From Myxococcota bacterium (lineage in GTDB: Bacteria; Myxococcota_A; UBA9042; PHBI01; JAWLBL01), in assembly GCA_041687695.1 (NCBI GenBank), contig JAWLBL010000021.1, forward strand, positions 70,325 to 134,324: 64,000 nt of DNA, in the 5' to 3' direction. The notes below the pieces were generated by a model. That model ran no database searches. It was not told the origin of the DNA and saw only the letters and a list, made by a program, of their open reading frames with translations. Of this stretch, positions 39,279-49,676 are shown piece by piece. Each line of letters opens with the position of its first letter. The first letter of the stretch is position 1. The position numbers and the translations under genes are program-made.

Positions 39279-40220
39279 CTACCGCGCCGCCTGCAGCCCC
39301 AGCCGCCCCATCAGGTCGAACAGCACGCCCTCGCGCAGCGCCGCCGCCGCCGGGACCAGCAGCTCGATGCCCAGCGCCTCGAACAGCACCCGCAGGATCG
39401 CCAGCCCCCCCGCCAGCACCCCCGCCCGCTCGGCCTTCAACCCCGGCAGCGCCAGCGCGTCCACGTGCCCGGCACCCACGACCGCCTGCCGCAGCCGCCC
39501 CAGCCCCGCCGGCGTGATGCCCGCCTCGCCCCACCCGGTCGCCCGCAGGACCTCGCCCACGGCCTTGATGGTCCCCGACGCGCCCACGCACCGCTCCCAG
39601 CCCAGCGCGCGATAGCGCCCGGCCAGCTCGCCCAGCTCGGCCCGCGCCGCGCCCTCGGCCCGCCGCATGGCGTCCTCGCTGAGGACCCCGCCCGGGAAGT
39701 GCCGCAGGGTGTGGCTGACGCAGCCCATCGGCAGGCTCGCCTCGACCAGCGCGTCGTACCCCTCGCCCAGCACCACCTCGGTCGACCCGCCGCCGATGTC
39801 GACCACCAGGCGCCGCCCCGGCTCGCCGTCCAGCGAGCGCGCGACGCCCAGGTAGATGAGGCGCGCCTCCTCACGCCCGCTGATGACCTCGACCCGGTGC
39901 CCCAGGGCCGCGCTCGCGGCCTGGGCGAAGGCCGCGCCGTCGGCGGCGTGGCGCAGGGTCGCCGTCCCGACGGCGCGCACGTGCTGGGGGCACGCCTCGG
40001 CCAGCCGCTGCCCGAACGCCTGCAGCGTCGCCAGCGCCCGCGCCTGCGCCTCGGGCCGGAGGCAGCGCGCCTCGTCCAGCCCCGCCGCCAGCTGCACCTG
40101 GTCGCGCATGCGGTCGACCACCGCCAGCTCGCCCGCGACCACGCGCGCGATGATGAGGTGGAAGCTGTTGGACCCGAGGTCCACGGCGGCCACCGTGTCC
40201 GGCTGCGTCTCGTCGGCCAT
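39279..40220 (-). CDS. ppx: Ppx/GppA-family exopolyphosphatase/guanosine pentaphosphate phosphohydrolase (N-terminal actin-like ATPase domains)
   Basis: MADETQPDTVAAVDLGSNSFHLIIARV...VVDIGGGSTEVVLG motifs. ATG at 40220. The longer ORF upstream is Arg-rich. Confidence 0.85.
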   Translation of the reverse strand: MADETQPDTVAAVDLGSNSFHLIIARVVAGELAVVDRMRDQVQLAAGLDEARCLRPEAQARALATLQAFGQRLAEACPQHVRAVGTATLRHAADGAAFAQAASAALGHRVEVISGREEARLIYLGVARSLDGEPGRRLVVDIGGGSTEVVLGEGYDALVEASLPMGCVSHTLRHFPGGVLSEDAMRRAEGAARAELGELAGRYRALGWERCVGASGTIKAVGEVLRATGWGEAGITPAGLGRLRQAVVGAGHVDALALPGLKAERAGVLAGGLAILRVLFEALGIELLVPAAAALREGVLFDLMGRLGLQAAR

Positions 40221-40295
40221 CGCGCTTTCCTCGTAGCCGCCGGCTCGCCCCGGCTCTATGGTTGCGCCGCTGAATTCATTTCCTAGTAGTCGCTC

Positions 40296-41126
40296 ATGGC
40301 CACTTACGCAATCGGAGACGTCCAGGGCTGCTTCCGCTCGCTCGAGCGCCTGCTGGCCACCCTGCCCCTCGACGAGCGCCGCGACCGCCTGTGGTTGGCG
40401 GGCGATCTCGTCAACCGCGGCCGGGGCTCGCTGGAGGTCCTGCGTTGGGCCGAGGCACAGGGCGATCGCGTGACGGCCGTGCTCGGCAACCACGACCTGC
40501 ACCTGCTCGCGGTCGACGCGGGGGTGCGGCACGCCAAGGCCGGCGACACGCTCGGGCCCCTGCTGCGGGCGCCGGACCGGCCGCGGCTCTTGGACTGGCT
40601 GCGCCGACAGCCGCTGCTGCACCGCGAGGGCGCGACCGTGATGGTCCACGCGGGCCTGCTGCCCGAGTGGACGCTGGACCAGGCCGAAGCCCTCGCGCGC
40701 GAGGTCGAGGCCGAGCTGCGCGGGCCCACGCCGGGCGAGGCGCTGCGCCGGCTGTGCGCCGGGTCCTTCGACCGCTGGCCCGCCGACCCGGTCGACGCCA
40801 CGACGCGGACGGCCGCCACCGTGGCGGTGATGACGCGCCTGCGCACGCTGCACACGGACGGCGCGTGGTGCCGCTTCACCGGCCCGCCGGCCGAGGCCCC
40901 CGACGGCTGCGTCCCGTGGTTCGACCTGCCGCACCGCCGCGGCGACGACGCGCTGGTCGTCTTCGGCCACTGGTCCGCCCTGGGTGTCCACCAGGGCCCC
41001 GGCGCCATCGGCCTCGACACCGGCTGCGTCTGGGGCCGCCAGCTGACCGCCGTCCGCCTCGACGACCGCGCCGTGTTCCAGGTCGACTGCGCCCCCGACG
41101 ACCGCGCCCCCGACGGCCGAGGATGA
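40296..41126 (+). CDS. apaH: Bis(5'-nucleosyl)-tetraphosphatase, symmetrical (ApaH)
   Basis: MATYAIGDVQGCFRSLERLL...LWLAGDLVNRGRGSLEVLR...VLGNHDLHLLA metallophosphatase motifs. Confidence 0.9.
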   Translation: MATYAIGDVQGCFRSLERLLATLPLDERRDRLWLAGDLVNRGRGSLEVLRWAEAQGDRVTAVLGNHDLHLLAVDAGVRHAKAGDTLGPLLRAPDRPRLLDWLRRQPLLHREGATVMVHAGLLPEWTLDQAEALAREVEAELRGPTPGEALRRLCAGSFDRWPADPVDATTRTAATVAVMTRLRTLHTDGAWCRFTGPPAEAPDGCVPWFDLPHRRGDDALVVFGHWSALGVHQGPGAIGLDTGCVWGRQLTAVRLDDRAVFQVDCAPDDRAPDGRG

Positions 41127-41132
41127 CCCGCT

Positions 41133-42158
41133 TCAGGACGCCGTCGCGCGCTCGCGGGTGGCCGCCTCGTACTGCTCGACGATCTCGGCCACCGTCATCA
41201 CCCGGTCGATGCCCTCGACGCTCTTGCCGGCCTGGAAGTAGTCCTTGTAGCTGGTCCCCTTCAGCGCCGCGCGCTTGAAGTGCCAGATGGACTGCAGCCC
41301 GTACAGCGTGCGCATCCAGTGCTTGGTGCGCCGGTTCTTCAGCAGCATCCGCGCCACGAAGCCGGCCTTGGTCCCCATCTTCTCGATGAAGGGGGTCTTG
41401 ATGACGGCGCAGGGCACGCCCGAGATCTTGTCGGTCAGCACGATGTCCTGCTCGCGGGCGCGCAGGATGGCCTGCTTGTAGTCCTCGTGGACCTTGCACT
41501 CGGCCGAGGCGATGAAGCGCGTGCCCATCTGCACGCCCGCGTACCCCAGCGCCAGCGCGTCGGCGTACTCGCCCGGCGACCCGACGCCCCCGGCGCACAC
41601 CAGCGGCACCCCCAGGTCGCCCAGCTCGTCCATCAGCTGCCGCGGCGACTTGCGCCCGGCGTGCCCGCCCGCGCGGCTGTTGACGCAGATGAGCCCGTCG
41701 ACCCGCTCGTCCAGCGCCCGCTGCGCCCACTTGCGCTCGGTCACGTCGTGGTAGACCACGCCGCCCGCCGCGTGGACCTTGTCGACCACCCACCGCGGGT
41801 TGCCCAGCGCCGTCACGAAGAAGCGCGCGCCCTCCTCGAGCGCCTCGTCCACGTAGCGCCGCATGCGGTCCTCGTAGATCTTCGAGCTCTTCTCGACGAT
41901 GACGTTGATGCCGTAGGGCTTGTCCGTCAGCCGCCGGATGAGCCGCAGCCCCGCGCGGAACTCGTGGCCGTGCACGTACACCAGCGACAGCGGCTGCACG
42001 ATGCCCATCGCGCCGGCCTCGCTCGCCGCGGCGACCAGCTCGGGGTTGCTGCACGGGTACATGGCCCCGCACAGGATGGGGACGCGGATGCCCGCGTGGC
42101 GGGTCAGGGCGGTCTCGATGGTCACTTCCGGCCTCCGGGTCTGCGAACCGGCGGCCAC
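41133..42158 (-). CDS. Nitronate monooxygenase / 2-nitropropane dioxygenase family (NMO, FabK-like TIM-barrel flavoprotein)
   Basis: IRVPILCGAMY...GAMGIV...VCAGGVGSP...GYAGVQMGTRFIASAE motifs. The start may instead be the internal GTG (VTIETAL), which has a GGAGG RBS. Confidence 0.8.
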   Translation of the reverse strand: MAAGSQTRRPEVTIETALTRHAGIRVPILCGAMYPCSNPELVAAASEAGAMGIVQPLSLVYVHGHEFRAGLRLIRRLTDKPYGINVIVEKSSKIYEDRMRRYVDEALEEGARFFVTALGNPRWVVDKVHAAGGVVYHDVTERKWAQRALDERVDGLICVNSRAGGHAGRKSPRQLMDELGDLGVPLVCAGGVGSPGEYADALALGYAGVQMGTRFIASAECKVHEDYKQAILRAREQDIVLTDKISGVPCAVIKTPFIEKMGTKAGFVARMLLKNRRTKHWMRTLYGLQSIWHFKRAALKGTSYKDYFQAGKSVEGIDRVMTVAEIVEQYEAATRERATAS

Positions 42159-42168
42159 GCTAAGCCCT

Positions 42169-43410
42169 TCAGGCCGTGCGGTCCAGCCCGCCGCTCGCCC
42201 CGGCGAGCCGCGGCGCCAGCGCGACGTCCACCGCGGCCTCCGCCGTGACCTGGTCCTCGTCCGCGTCGCTGCTCAGCGTCTGCCACGCGATCTCGAGCAG
42301 CTCGTCCACCCGGTGCAGGCACGTGTGCCGCTCGAGGATCACCTCGAGCCCCGACACCGCCAGCGACCGCGCCAGGTCCGAGTCGGTCAGCACCGCCTCG
42401 AGCAGCCGCTTCATCTCGGCGCCGTCCTTGGCCAGCAGGTAGTCGCGCCCGGCCATGAACAGCCCGTCCGCGTCCGTCCACGGCGACGTCACCAGCGGCA
42501 CCCCGCACGCCATCGCCTCGAACACCCGCGACGACACCACCCCCGGCAGCTCACCCGCGAACGGCGCCCGCGGCAGATGCAACGCCGCCGCATACCGCGC
42601 CAGCATCGCCGGCACCCGATAGTTCGGCAGCCAATCCCCGAACCGCACGCCGGCCTGGCGCAGCGACTCGGTCGCCGCCGCCGGATAGCCGACCCCGTAC
42701 ACCGTCGCCCGCAGCTGCAGCCGCCGCACCGGCTCGATGAGGAAGGTCGCCATCTCTCCCGCGCGCTCGCCCCGCGCCCAGTTGCCGACGAACACCAGGT
42801 CCAGCGTGTCCTCCTCGCGCGCGTGCGGCCGGAACATCCGCGTGTCCGCCGCCGGGTGCCACGCCCACGCGCTGTCCACCCAGCCCTGGTCGGTCCACAC
42901 CTCGCCCACGCTGCGCGCCGCGGCCAGCACCCCGTCGAAGCCGCCCCAGTCGACGGCGCCGATGGCCTCGGGCTCGCTGACGCACCGGTGCGTGGTCGCG
43001 TGCACGAACAGCCGCGTCTCGGGGTGACGCGCCCGGTGCGCCCCCAGCCGCTTGAGCAGCGACGGATGGGTCGTCTCGTGCGCCACCACCACGTCGATGC
43101 CCTCGAGCGCCCGCTCGAGGTCCAGCCAACCCAGCTCGTAGCGGTGGCTGTTCAACCCGCGATAGGCCACGCGGAAGCGTTCGACCTCCGCCTCTCCGTA
43201 GTCCTCGAGGACGCGGATCATCCCTGGCGCGTCGCATGGCTCGTAGACCGTGACGACGTGCCCGCGCGCGAGTAACTCGGTGACCACGCCGCGCAGGAAG
43301 TGGGCGCAGGGGTTGTCCCAGTCGCTCTCGAGCGACGGGTGGAAGAACGCGAAGGACAGGCGTCGGGGCCGGTGCGACTTGCCGCTGTCGAGGGGGCGAT
43401 GGGCGACCAC
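42169..43410 (-). CDS. Glycosyltransferase (GT1/GT4-like, CgeB-like fold)
   Basis: GTG at 43410 after AAAGGA. FVGNW... and E-x7-E-like RVFEAMACGVPLVTS motifs. The upstream 250 aa of the ORF is Arg-rich. Confidence 0.65.
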   Translation of the reverse strand: MVAHRPLDSGKSHRPRRLSFAFFHPSLESDWDNPCAHFLRGVVTELLARGHVVTVYEPCDAPGMIRVLEDYGEAEVERFRVAYRGLNSHRYELGWLDLERALEGIDVVVAHETTHPSLLKRLGAHRARHPETRLFVHATTHRCVSEPEAIGAVDWGGFDGVLAAARSVGEVWTDQGWVDSAWAWHPAADTRMFRPHAREEDTLDLVFVGNWARGERAGEMATFLIEPVRRLQLRATVYGVGYPAAATESLRQAGVRFGDWLPNYRVPAMLARYAAALHLPRAPFAGELPGVVSSRVFEAMACGVPLVTSPWTDADGLFMAGRDYLLAKDGAEMKRLLEAVLTDSDLARSLAVSGLEVILERHTCLHRVDELLEIAWQTLSSDADEDQVTAEAAVDVALAPRLAGASGGLDRTA

Positions 43411-43828
43411 GGGCGATCCTTTGTCGCGGCCGACGGCCCGCGGGGGCGGCCGGCGTGTGCGAAGGCAACGGGGGGCGTTGGCCGAACGGGCAGCGGACGC
43501 GCGGCCTGGGGGCCCGCCGACGCGCGACCGCGGGGGCGCAGGTCGGGGGTCGGGGGTGCCTCGGGGGGCCGTCTCGGTGTCGCTGCGGGGCGTCGGGTCG
43601 AGGCGATCCCGGACGGATCGCCGGTGTCGGCTGGATGAAGCGACCGTAGGCTTCCGATCCCACAGGGTCAACGGATTGGCCCCACAGGTCGCCCCCGTTC
43701 GCCGCGGCCAAACTCGCAACCCACGGGTATCCCGCCGGTTCTCCCGCTGACGCCCCGACGCGTCGCCCTCACCGGGCCCTGTGGCATGATCCGAAGACCC
43801 CCAAGCCCTGCCGCCCCCGGAGGCCCCC

Positions 43829-44803
43829 GTGACCCTCGACCCCGAGGCGCACCAGGTGGTCACCCGCGAGGACCACCAGGCCGCCCTGGCCCGCGCGGCC
43901 GCCCTGGCGCCCAGCCCCGCCGAAGGCCTGTTCGGCCCCGGCTCGCTCACCTGGCGCGTCAACCGCGAAGGCCTGCTCTTCCTCGCCGGCGGCCGCGCCG
44001 CCCTGCTCCAGACCGCCCACCCCTTCGTCGCCCAGGCCATCGCCGACCACTCCCGCACCAAGCAGGACCTGCGCGGCCGCTTCCAACGCACCTTCGACCA
44101 CGTCTTCCACATGGTCTTCGGCGACCTCGACCACGCCCTGCGCTCGGCCCGCCGCGTCCACGCGGTCCACGCCCACATCCGCGGCGCCCTCCCCGACGCC
44201 GTCGGCGCCTGGCCCCGCGGCCAGCCCTACCAGGCCAACGACCCCGCCTCCCTCCTGTGGGTCTTCGCCACCCTCGTCGACACCAGCGTCCTGGTCCACG
44301 ACCTCCTCATCCGCCCCCTCACCCTGGCCGACAAGCACGCCCTGTACGCGGAAGGCAAGCGCTTCGCCCTCCTCTTCGGCCTGGGCGAGCGCCACCTCCC
44401 GCCCGACTGGCCCGCCTTCCAGCGCTACTGGACCGCCATGATCCACTCGGACCGCCTCGCCGTCGGCCCCGCCGCCGCCGACATCCGCCGCTTCCTCCTC
44501 GCCCCGCCCCGCCCCGCCGTCGCCGCCGTCTGGCGCTGGTACCGCGTCATCACCGCCGGCCTGCTCCCGCCCCGCCTGCGCGCCGCCTACGGCTTCCGCT
44601 GGGGCCGCCGCCACCGCGCCCTCTTCCACGCCTCCCTGCGCTCCGTCCGCGCCTCCTGGGCCCGCCTGCCCGCCCGCCTGCGCCACCTGCCCGCCTACGC
44701 CGCCGCCCAGCGCCGCGTCACCGGCGGCGACCCCGGCCCCGACGTCTTCGAGCGCACCCTCGAGCGCGTCGTCCTGGCCGCCCTCCAGCAGCGCACCGCC
44801 TGA
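43829..44803 (+). CDS. DUF2236 (MpaB/rubber-oxygenase-like) family oxygenase
   Basis: GPGSLTWRVNREGLLFLAGGRAALLQTAHPFVAQAIADHS signature. GTG start after GGAGG. Confidence 0.7.
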   Translation: MTLDPEAHQVVTREDHQAALARAAALAPSPAEGLFGPGSLTWRVNREGLLFLAGGRAALLQTAHPFVAQAIADHSRTKQDLRGRFQRTFDHVFHMVFGDLDHALRSARRVHAVHAHIRGALPDAVGAWPRGQPYQANDPASLLWVFATLVDTSVLVHDLLIRPLTLADKHALYAEGKRFALLFGLGERHLPPDWPAFQRYWTAMIHSDRLAVGPAAADIRRFLLAPPRPAVAAVWRWYRVITAGLLPPRLRAAYGFRWGRRHRALFHASLRSVRASWARLPARLRHLPAYAAAQRRVTGGDPGPDVFERTLERVVLAALQQRTA

Positions 44804-44997
44804 GCACGCCCGCCGCAACCACTCGAATTCACTCACCTTGCCCACGCCGCGCGCGACCATACGGTTCCCCTGCGGCTGGCTGGCCCCGCCAACGCGTCCA
44901 TCAGGTCGCCCGGGGCGCCGGCCGCCCGCCCGCGCGCCCGACGTGGCGAGCCCCGCGCCGGGAACCGCGCGACCACAGACCGTCCAGGGAGGCCGTG

Positions 44998-45462
44998 ATG
45001 GCGACGACGATCGGCAAGGAAAAGGATGTCATCGAGCTGCTGTGCAACCTCATCGAGCTCGACTACGACGCGATCGAGGCCTACCAGGCGTCGATCGAGC
45101 GCCTGAAGGACCCCGAGGCCAAGCGGCGCATGCGCGAGTTCATGGGCGACCACGAGCGCCACACGCAGGACCTCAGCCGCTGCGTGCGCGAGCTGGGCGG
45201 ACAGCCGCCCAAGCGCGGTGACATCAAGCGCGTGCTCACCAAGGGCAAGGTCGTGCTCGGCAGCCTCGGCAGCGACCGCGGCATCCTCATGGCGATGAAG
45301 ACCAACGAGAAGGACACCAACAAGGCCTACGAGCGCGCCACCTCGCGGACCGACGTCCCGCGGAACGTCCGCGAGATCCTCCTGCGCAACTACGAGGACG
45401 AGCGCAAGCACCTGCGCTGGATCGAGGAGTGGCTGGCCCGCGGTCAGCAGGCCCACGCCTAG
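44998..45462 (+). CDS. Ferritin-like four-helix-bundle protein (DUF2383/PA2169 family)
   Basis: ATG at 44998 after GGGAGG. IELDYDAIEAYQASIERL...NYEDERKHLRWIEEWL pattern. The rest of the 558-aa ORF upstream is Pro/Arg-rich. Confidence 0.65.
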   Translation: MATTIGKEKDVIELLCNLIELDYDAIEAYQASIERLKDPEAKRRMREFMGDHERHTQDLSRCVRELGGQPPKRGDIKRVLTKGKVVLGSLGSDRGILMAMKTNEKDTNKAYERATSRTDVPRNVREILLRNYEDERKHLRWIEEWLARGQQAHA

Positions 45463-45548
45463 ACCCGCGCCCAGCGCCCGAGACGAACGAGGCCTCGGGG
45501 GGTCCGCCCCCGAGGCCTCTCGCGCTCCAGCCCGCGACGCGCGCCGGC

Positions 45549-48077
45549 TCAGAAGCAGTAGCTGCCGCCGCCGAAGTCCGGGAAGCAGCTGTAGCCCGTC
45601 GGACAGGGCACACTGTCGGAGCAGGTGACGGTGCACTGCGTGGTGCCGCCGAAGAGGTTGCTCTTGCAGACCAGCCCCTCGGCGCACTCGGCGTCGGCCG
45701 TGCAGGCCTGCCCCATCCCGCCGTCGCCGGCGTCGACGCACGCGCCGGCCTCGCACGCCGTGCCGGCCCCGCAGGTCCCGCACGAGCCGCCGCAGCCGTC
45801 GCCCCCGCAGGTCTTGTCCGTGCAATCGGGCGTGCAGTCGGCCTCGCAGGTCCCCTCGACGCACTCGGCGCCGAACGAGCACAGCCCGCACACCTCACCG
45901 CACCCGTCGTCCCCGCACCCGCCCGCCTCGCAGCTGGGCGCGCAGCCGACCACGAACTGGATGTCGTCCACCAGGACGTGCGTGTCGTACACGCTGTCGC
46001 CCACGTCGCCCACCGCGAACGACAGCGTCACGGTCGCCGCGCCGTTGTCCACCAGCGCCCCCAGCGGCGCATAGCCCACCTGCCAGTCGGACTTGTAGAC
46101 GCCCCCCGCCGACTGGTCGAAGCCCAGCTCGGTCTTGACCAGCGGCACCGCGTGCTCACCGCAGGTCGAGCACTCGGCCGTCTTCGGGCACAGCTGGTTG
46201 ATGGTGCGCTCGAAGGCCACCGTCGGCTGGCCACCGACCGCCAGGGCCACCCGGAAGTAGTCCTGGTAGGTGCTCCCGCACCACTCCAGGAACTCGGCCG
46301 AGTACACCCGCCACAAAAACCGCACCGCGGTCGCCCCCTTGGGGACGCAGGTCTGGATGGCCACCTTGGCCTCGGCCGTGCCCTCCGACGACAGGTCCAG
46401 CAGGTACGCGCCCTCGGCCGGACCGTCCCCGTGGAACGACTTCACCACCTTCGACTGCCCCGTCACCTGCCAGCCCGCCAGGTTGCCCGACTCGAAGCCG
46501 AACGCCAGACACTCCGGCGCGAAGTCACACGCCAGGCAACCACTGCCGCACTGGCCCGCCACGGTGCACGATACGCCCGCGTCGCAGGTCCCGCAGGTCC
46601 CGCCGCACCCGTCCGGCCCGCACTGCTTGCCGCCGCACTGCGGCGTGCAGGTCGCCGAGCACGTCCCTTGCGGCGAGCAGAACTGCCCGACCTGGCACGT
46701 CCCGCAGCTCCCGCCGCACCCGTTGGGCCCACACTGCTTGCCGTCGCACTGGGGCGTACACTGAGTCACGCACTGCCCCTCCGATGTGCAGACCTCACCC
46801 AGCCCGCACGTCCCGCAGCTGCCGCCGCACCCGTCCGCGCCGCACTCGCGCCCCTCGCAGCTGACGCACGGGCTCACGCACTGCTGCGTCACCCCGCACA
46901 CCTCGCCCAGCCCGCACGTCCCGCAGCTGCCGCCGCACCCGTCGCCGCCGCACGCCTTTCCGTCGCACGCCGGCGCGCAGCACGTCCCGTCCAGATCACA
47001 CGCCTCGCCCAGACCGCACTTGCCGCAGCTGCCGCCGCACCCGTCGGACCCGCACTCCTTGTCGCCGCACTGCGGATAGCAGATCCACCCGCAGGCCTGC
47101 GGATACGTCCCGTCCGGGCTGCCGCCCCCGTCCGTCCCGCACGCATACCCGCCCTGCGCCTCGTCCCAGCCGCACGGCCCGTCCTCGCCGCACGCGGTCG
47201 CCTCGACCACGCCGCCCTCGCACGTCCACAGCGTCCCGCCGTCGCAGCACCCGACCTTGGTCACCTGCGCGCACGTCGGCTTGCCCACGCACAGCCCCGC
47301 GTCCACGCACACCGCGCCCGCGCCGCACGTCCCGCACGACCCGCCGCACCCGTCGTCGCCGCACTCGCGCCCGTCGCACTGCGGCTCGCACTTCCAGGGG
47401 CAGTCCAGCGGCGCCAGCCCGTCCGGGCTCGCCTGCCCGTCGGTCCCGCACGCGTACCCGCCCTCGTCGGCGCTCCACCCGCAGCTCGCCGCGGCGCCGC
47501 AGTCCTCGCTGGTCACCTGCCCGCCCGAGCACGTCCACAGGACCGCCCCGTCGCAGCACCCGATCTTGGTCACCTGCGCGCAGGTCGGCGTCTCGACGCA
47601 CTTGCCGGCCGCGTCGCAGCTCTTCCCCGCGCCGCACGCCCCGCACGACCCGCCGCACCCGTCGCTGCCGCACTGCTTGCCGCCGCACTGCGGCAAGCAC
47701 ACGGTGTCCGGCCCCACGTCCCCCGGCCCGACGTCGCCCGGCACATCCGCCGCGCCGTCCGGGTCGCCGCCCTCGTCGCCGGGCACGTCCGCCACGGCGT
47801 CGACGGCCACGTCCAGGTGCGCGTCCTCGCCGACGTCGGCCACGGCGTCCGGCGTCTCGGCGTCCTCGCCCGCGTCGCCGCCGGGCTGCTTGGTGTCGCC
47901 CTCGCCCTCGTCGGGCTGGTCCGCGTCGCCCCCAGCGGCGTCCACCTCGCCCGGCGCCTCGGAGTCGATGGGCACGATGGTCCCCGACCCGTTGCCGCCC
48001 GGGCCCAGGCACCCGCCCAACACCAGCGCCGCCACCGCGCACGCCAACCCGCCGACGAACCCGCTCCGCGTCACCAT
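45549..48077 (-). CDS. Secreted lipoprotein built of Myxococcus-type cysteine-rich repeats (C..CGxDGCGGSCGxC)
   Basis: ATG at 48077 after GGGGAGGG. Lipobox LVLGGC. More than 15 repeats of CxxxCGxDGCGGSCGTCxxGxxC. Confidence 0.8.
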   Translation of the reverse strand: MVTRSGFVGGLACAVAALVLGGCLGPGGNGSGTIVPIDSEAPGEVDAAGGDADQPDEGEGDTKQPGGDAGEDAETPDAVADVGEDAHLDVAVDAVADVPGDEGGDPDGAADVPGDVGPGDVGPDTVCLPQCGGKQCGSDGCGGSCGACGAGKSCDAAGKCVETPTCAQVTKIGCCDGAVLWTCSGGQVTSEDCGAAASCGWSADEGGYACGTDGQASPDGLAPLDCPWKCEPQCDGRECGDDGCGGSCGTCGAGAVCVDAGLCVGKPTCAQVTKVGCCDGGTLWTCEGGVVEATACGEDGPCGWDEAQGGYACGTDGGGSPDGTYPQACGWICYPQCGDKECGSDGCGGSCGKCGLGEACDLDGTCCAPACDGKACGGDGCGGSCGTCGLGEVCGVTQQCVSPCVSCEGRECGADGCGGSCGTCGLGEVCTSEGQCVTQCTPQCDGKQCGPNGCGGSCGTCQVGQFCSPQGTCSATCTPQCGGKQCGPDGCGGTCGTCDAGVSCTVAGQCGSGCLACDFAPECLAFGFESGNLAGWQVTGQSKVVKSFHGDGPAEGAYLLDLSSEGTAEAKVAIQTCVPKGATAVRFLWRVYSAEFLEWCGSTYQDYFRVALAVGGQPTVAFERTINQLCPKTAECSTCGEHAVPLVKTELGFDQSAGGVYKSDWQVGYAPLGALVDNGAATVTLSFAVGDVGDSVYDTHVLVDDIQFVVGCAPSCEAGGCGDDGCGEVCGLCSFGAECVEGTCEADCTPDCTDKTCGGDGCGGSCGTCGAGTACEAGACVDAGDGGMGQACTADAECAEGLVCKSNLFGGTTQCTVTCSDSVPCPTGYSCFPDFGGGSYCF

Positions 48078-48237
48078 CGCGCCCTCCCCTGGACCGCTAG
48101 ACGGCGCGAACGCTACCCCCGCCCGCCCGCTCGCGTCCACCCCCGCCGAGCGCCGCCCCCGCCCCGCCTTGCCCGCCGCGCCCCCGGCGCCTACCCTCCG
48201 CGCCCCGGCCCCCGGCCGCGTCCCCGCAGGAGCCCCG

Positions 48238-48639
48238 ATGACCGACCGCCCCGACCTCCCGACGATGTACGAGCGCCTCGGCGGCGAGCCCGCCGTCCGC
48301 GCCCTGGTCGACCGCTTCTACGATCTCATGGACACCCTCCCCGAGGTGGCCGTCCTGCGCGCCATGCACCCGGACGACCTCGCCAGCTCGCGCGACAAGC
48401 TGCACTGGTTCCTGGTCGGCTACACGGGCGGCCCGCCGCTTTACCACCAGAAGATCGGCCACCCCATGCTGCGCGCCCGCCACATGCCCTTCGCCATCGA
48501 CGACGCCGCCCGCGACCAGTGGATGCTCTGCATGGACCGCGCGCTGGCCGAGACCGCCCTCGACGACGAGCTGCGCGGCCTGCTCTCCCGCGCCCTGCGC
48601 CGCGTCGCCGACCACATGCGCAACCAGGCGCCGGCCTGA
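48238..48639 (+). CDS. Group II truncated haemoglobin (2/2 Hb, GlbO-like)
   Basis: MYERLGGEPAVRALVDRFYDLM...HWFLVGYTGGPPLYHQKIGHPMLRARHMPFAID motifs. AGGAG RBS. Confidence 0.8.
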   Translation: MTDRPDLPTMYERLGGEPAVRALVDRFYDLMDTLPEVAVLRAMHPDDLASSRDKLHWFLVGYTGGPPLYHQKIGHPMLRARHMPFAIDDAARDQWMLCMDRALAETALDDELRGLLSRALRRVADHMRNQAPA

Positions 48640-48749
48640 CGTCCCCGACCGACTCGCCGGCCTGCCGCACCGGCTGACCCGACCGACCCGCCGGCCTGCC
48701 GTACCGAACGGGATTTCCCGGGGCGCCGGCCCGTGTTACAGCGCTCGCC

Positions 48750-49367
48750 GTGACCTACGTACGCCCCATTACCGCCCGCTACCTCGACCCGGTCGACCTG
48801 GTCTGGACCACCACCGCCAAGCGCCTGGGCCTGACGCTGCGCCGCGACCCGACCATCTACTCGATGACGGACGGCACCGGCCTGCTCGCCCTGGGCCCCC
48901 GCTCGGACCTCGACGAGGACGACTGCGTGGCCCAGATGATCCTCCACGAGCTGTGCCACTGGATCGTCAACGGCCTCGAGTCGTTCTCCGAGCGCGACTG
49001 GGGCTTCCCGCTGGATCTAGAGGTCTGCTGGCGCGAGCACGCCTGTCTGCGCCTGCAGGCCTGGCTCTCGGACCGCTACGGCCTGCGCGCGATGTTCGGC
49101 CCCACGGGCTTCCACCGCCCCTACTGGGACCGCCTGCCCGCCGACGTGCTCGAGCCCCTCGACGACTCGGAGTGGGAGGCCAAGGTCGTCGCCCACACGG
49201 CCGTCTGCATCGAGCGCGCGCAAGGCGACCCCTGGTTCGCCCCCCTCGACGCCGCCTTCCGCGCCACCCGCGCCATCGCCGAGACCCTGCAGCCCTTCAT
49301 GCCCGACTACGCCACCGAGCACGACGGCGACACCCTCCCCAGCCTCTGGGACCTCGCCCGCGACTGA
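48750..49367 (+). CDS. Hypothetical HExxH-motif protein
   Basis: MILHELCHWIVNGLE motif. GTG start. Protein-like composition. Confidence 0.5.
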   Translation: MTYVRPITARYLDPVDLVWTTTAKRLGLTLRRDPTIYSMTDGTGLLALGPRSDLDEDDCVAQMILHELCHWIVNGLESFSERDWGFPLDLEVCWREHACLRLQAWLSDRYGLRAMFGPTGFHRPYWDRLPADVLEPLDDSEWEAKVVAHTAVCIERAQGDPWFAPLDAAFRATRAIAETLQPFMPDYATEHDGDTLPSLWDLARD

Positions 49368-49404
49368 GCGACGCTGGCCGCGTTCGCCCATCAGATCGCC
49401 CGCT

Positions 49405-49660
49405 TCCAGAGACTGCAGCAGAAGGCCACTCGGAGTGCTCCACCTTGGTGGAGCCCCCATCCGGCGCAGCTTGCTGCGCCGGGTGGGCGGCCAGATCCCG
49501 GCGGCAAGCCGCCGGGGCCGGGGCTCCGGCAAGCCGGAGCACTCCAAGGCCGCCTCCGCCGGCGGCGATACGACACCCTCTCCCAGCCGGCCAGACCCTG
49601 CGACCCACCCAGCAGCCGCCGTTCCTGGGACCGCCGGCTTCCAGCCGGCCCGGCCCGTCG
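49405..49660. repeat. Dispersed single copy of the 241-bp hairpin-cluster unit found at 16640-17460
   Basis: Contains the same four inverted repeats (GGAGTGCTCCACCTTGGTGGAGC..CCGGCGCAGCTTGCTGCGCCGG..CCCGGCGGCAAGCCGCCGGG..GCTCCGGCAAGCCGGAGCACTCC) and the GGGACCGCCGGCTTCCAGCCGG tail. Confidence 0.85.
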
Positions 49661-49676
49661 CCCCTCTCCACGTCGG

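Noticed and set aside
43786-45462. 558-aa ORF upstream of and including the ferritin-like gene
   Set aside because: The upstream 400 aa is Pro/Arg-rich and overlaps the DUF2236 gene out of frame. Only the final 154 aa after a GGGAGG RBS are protein-like.
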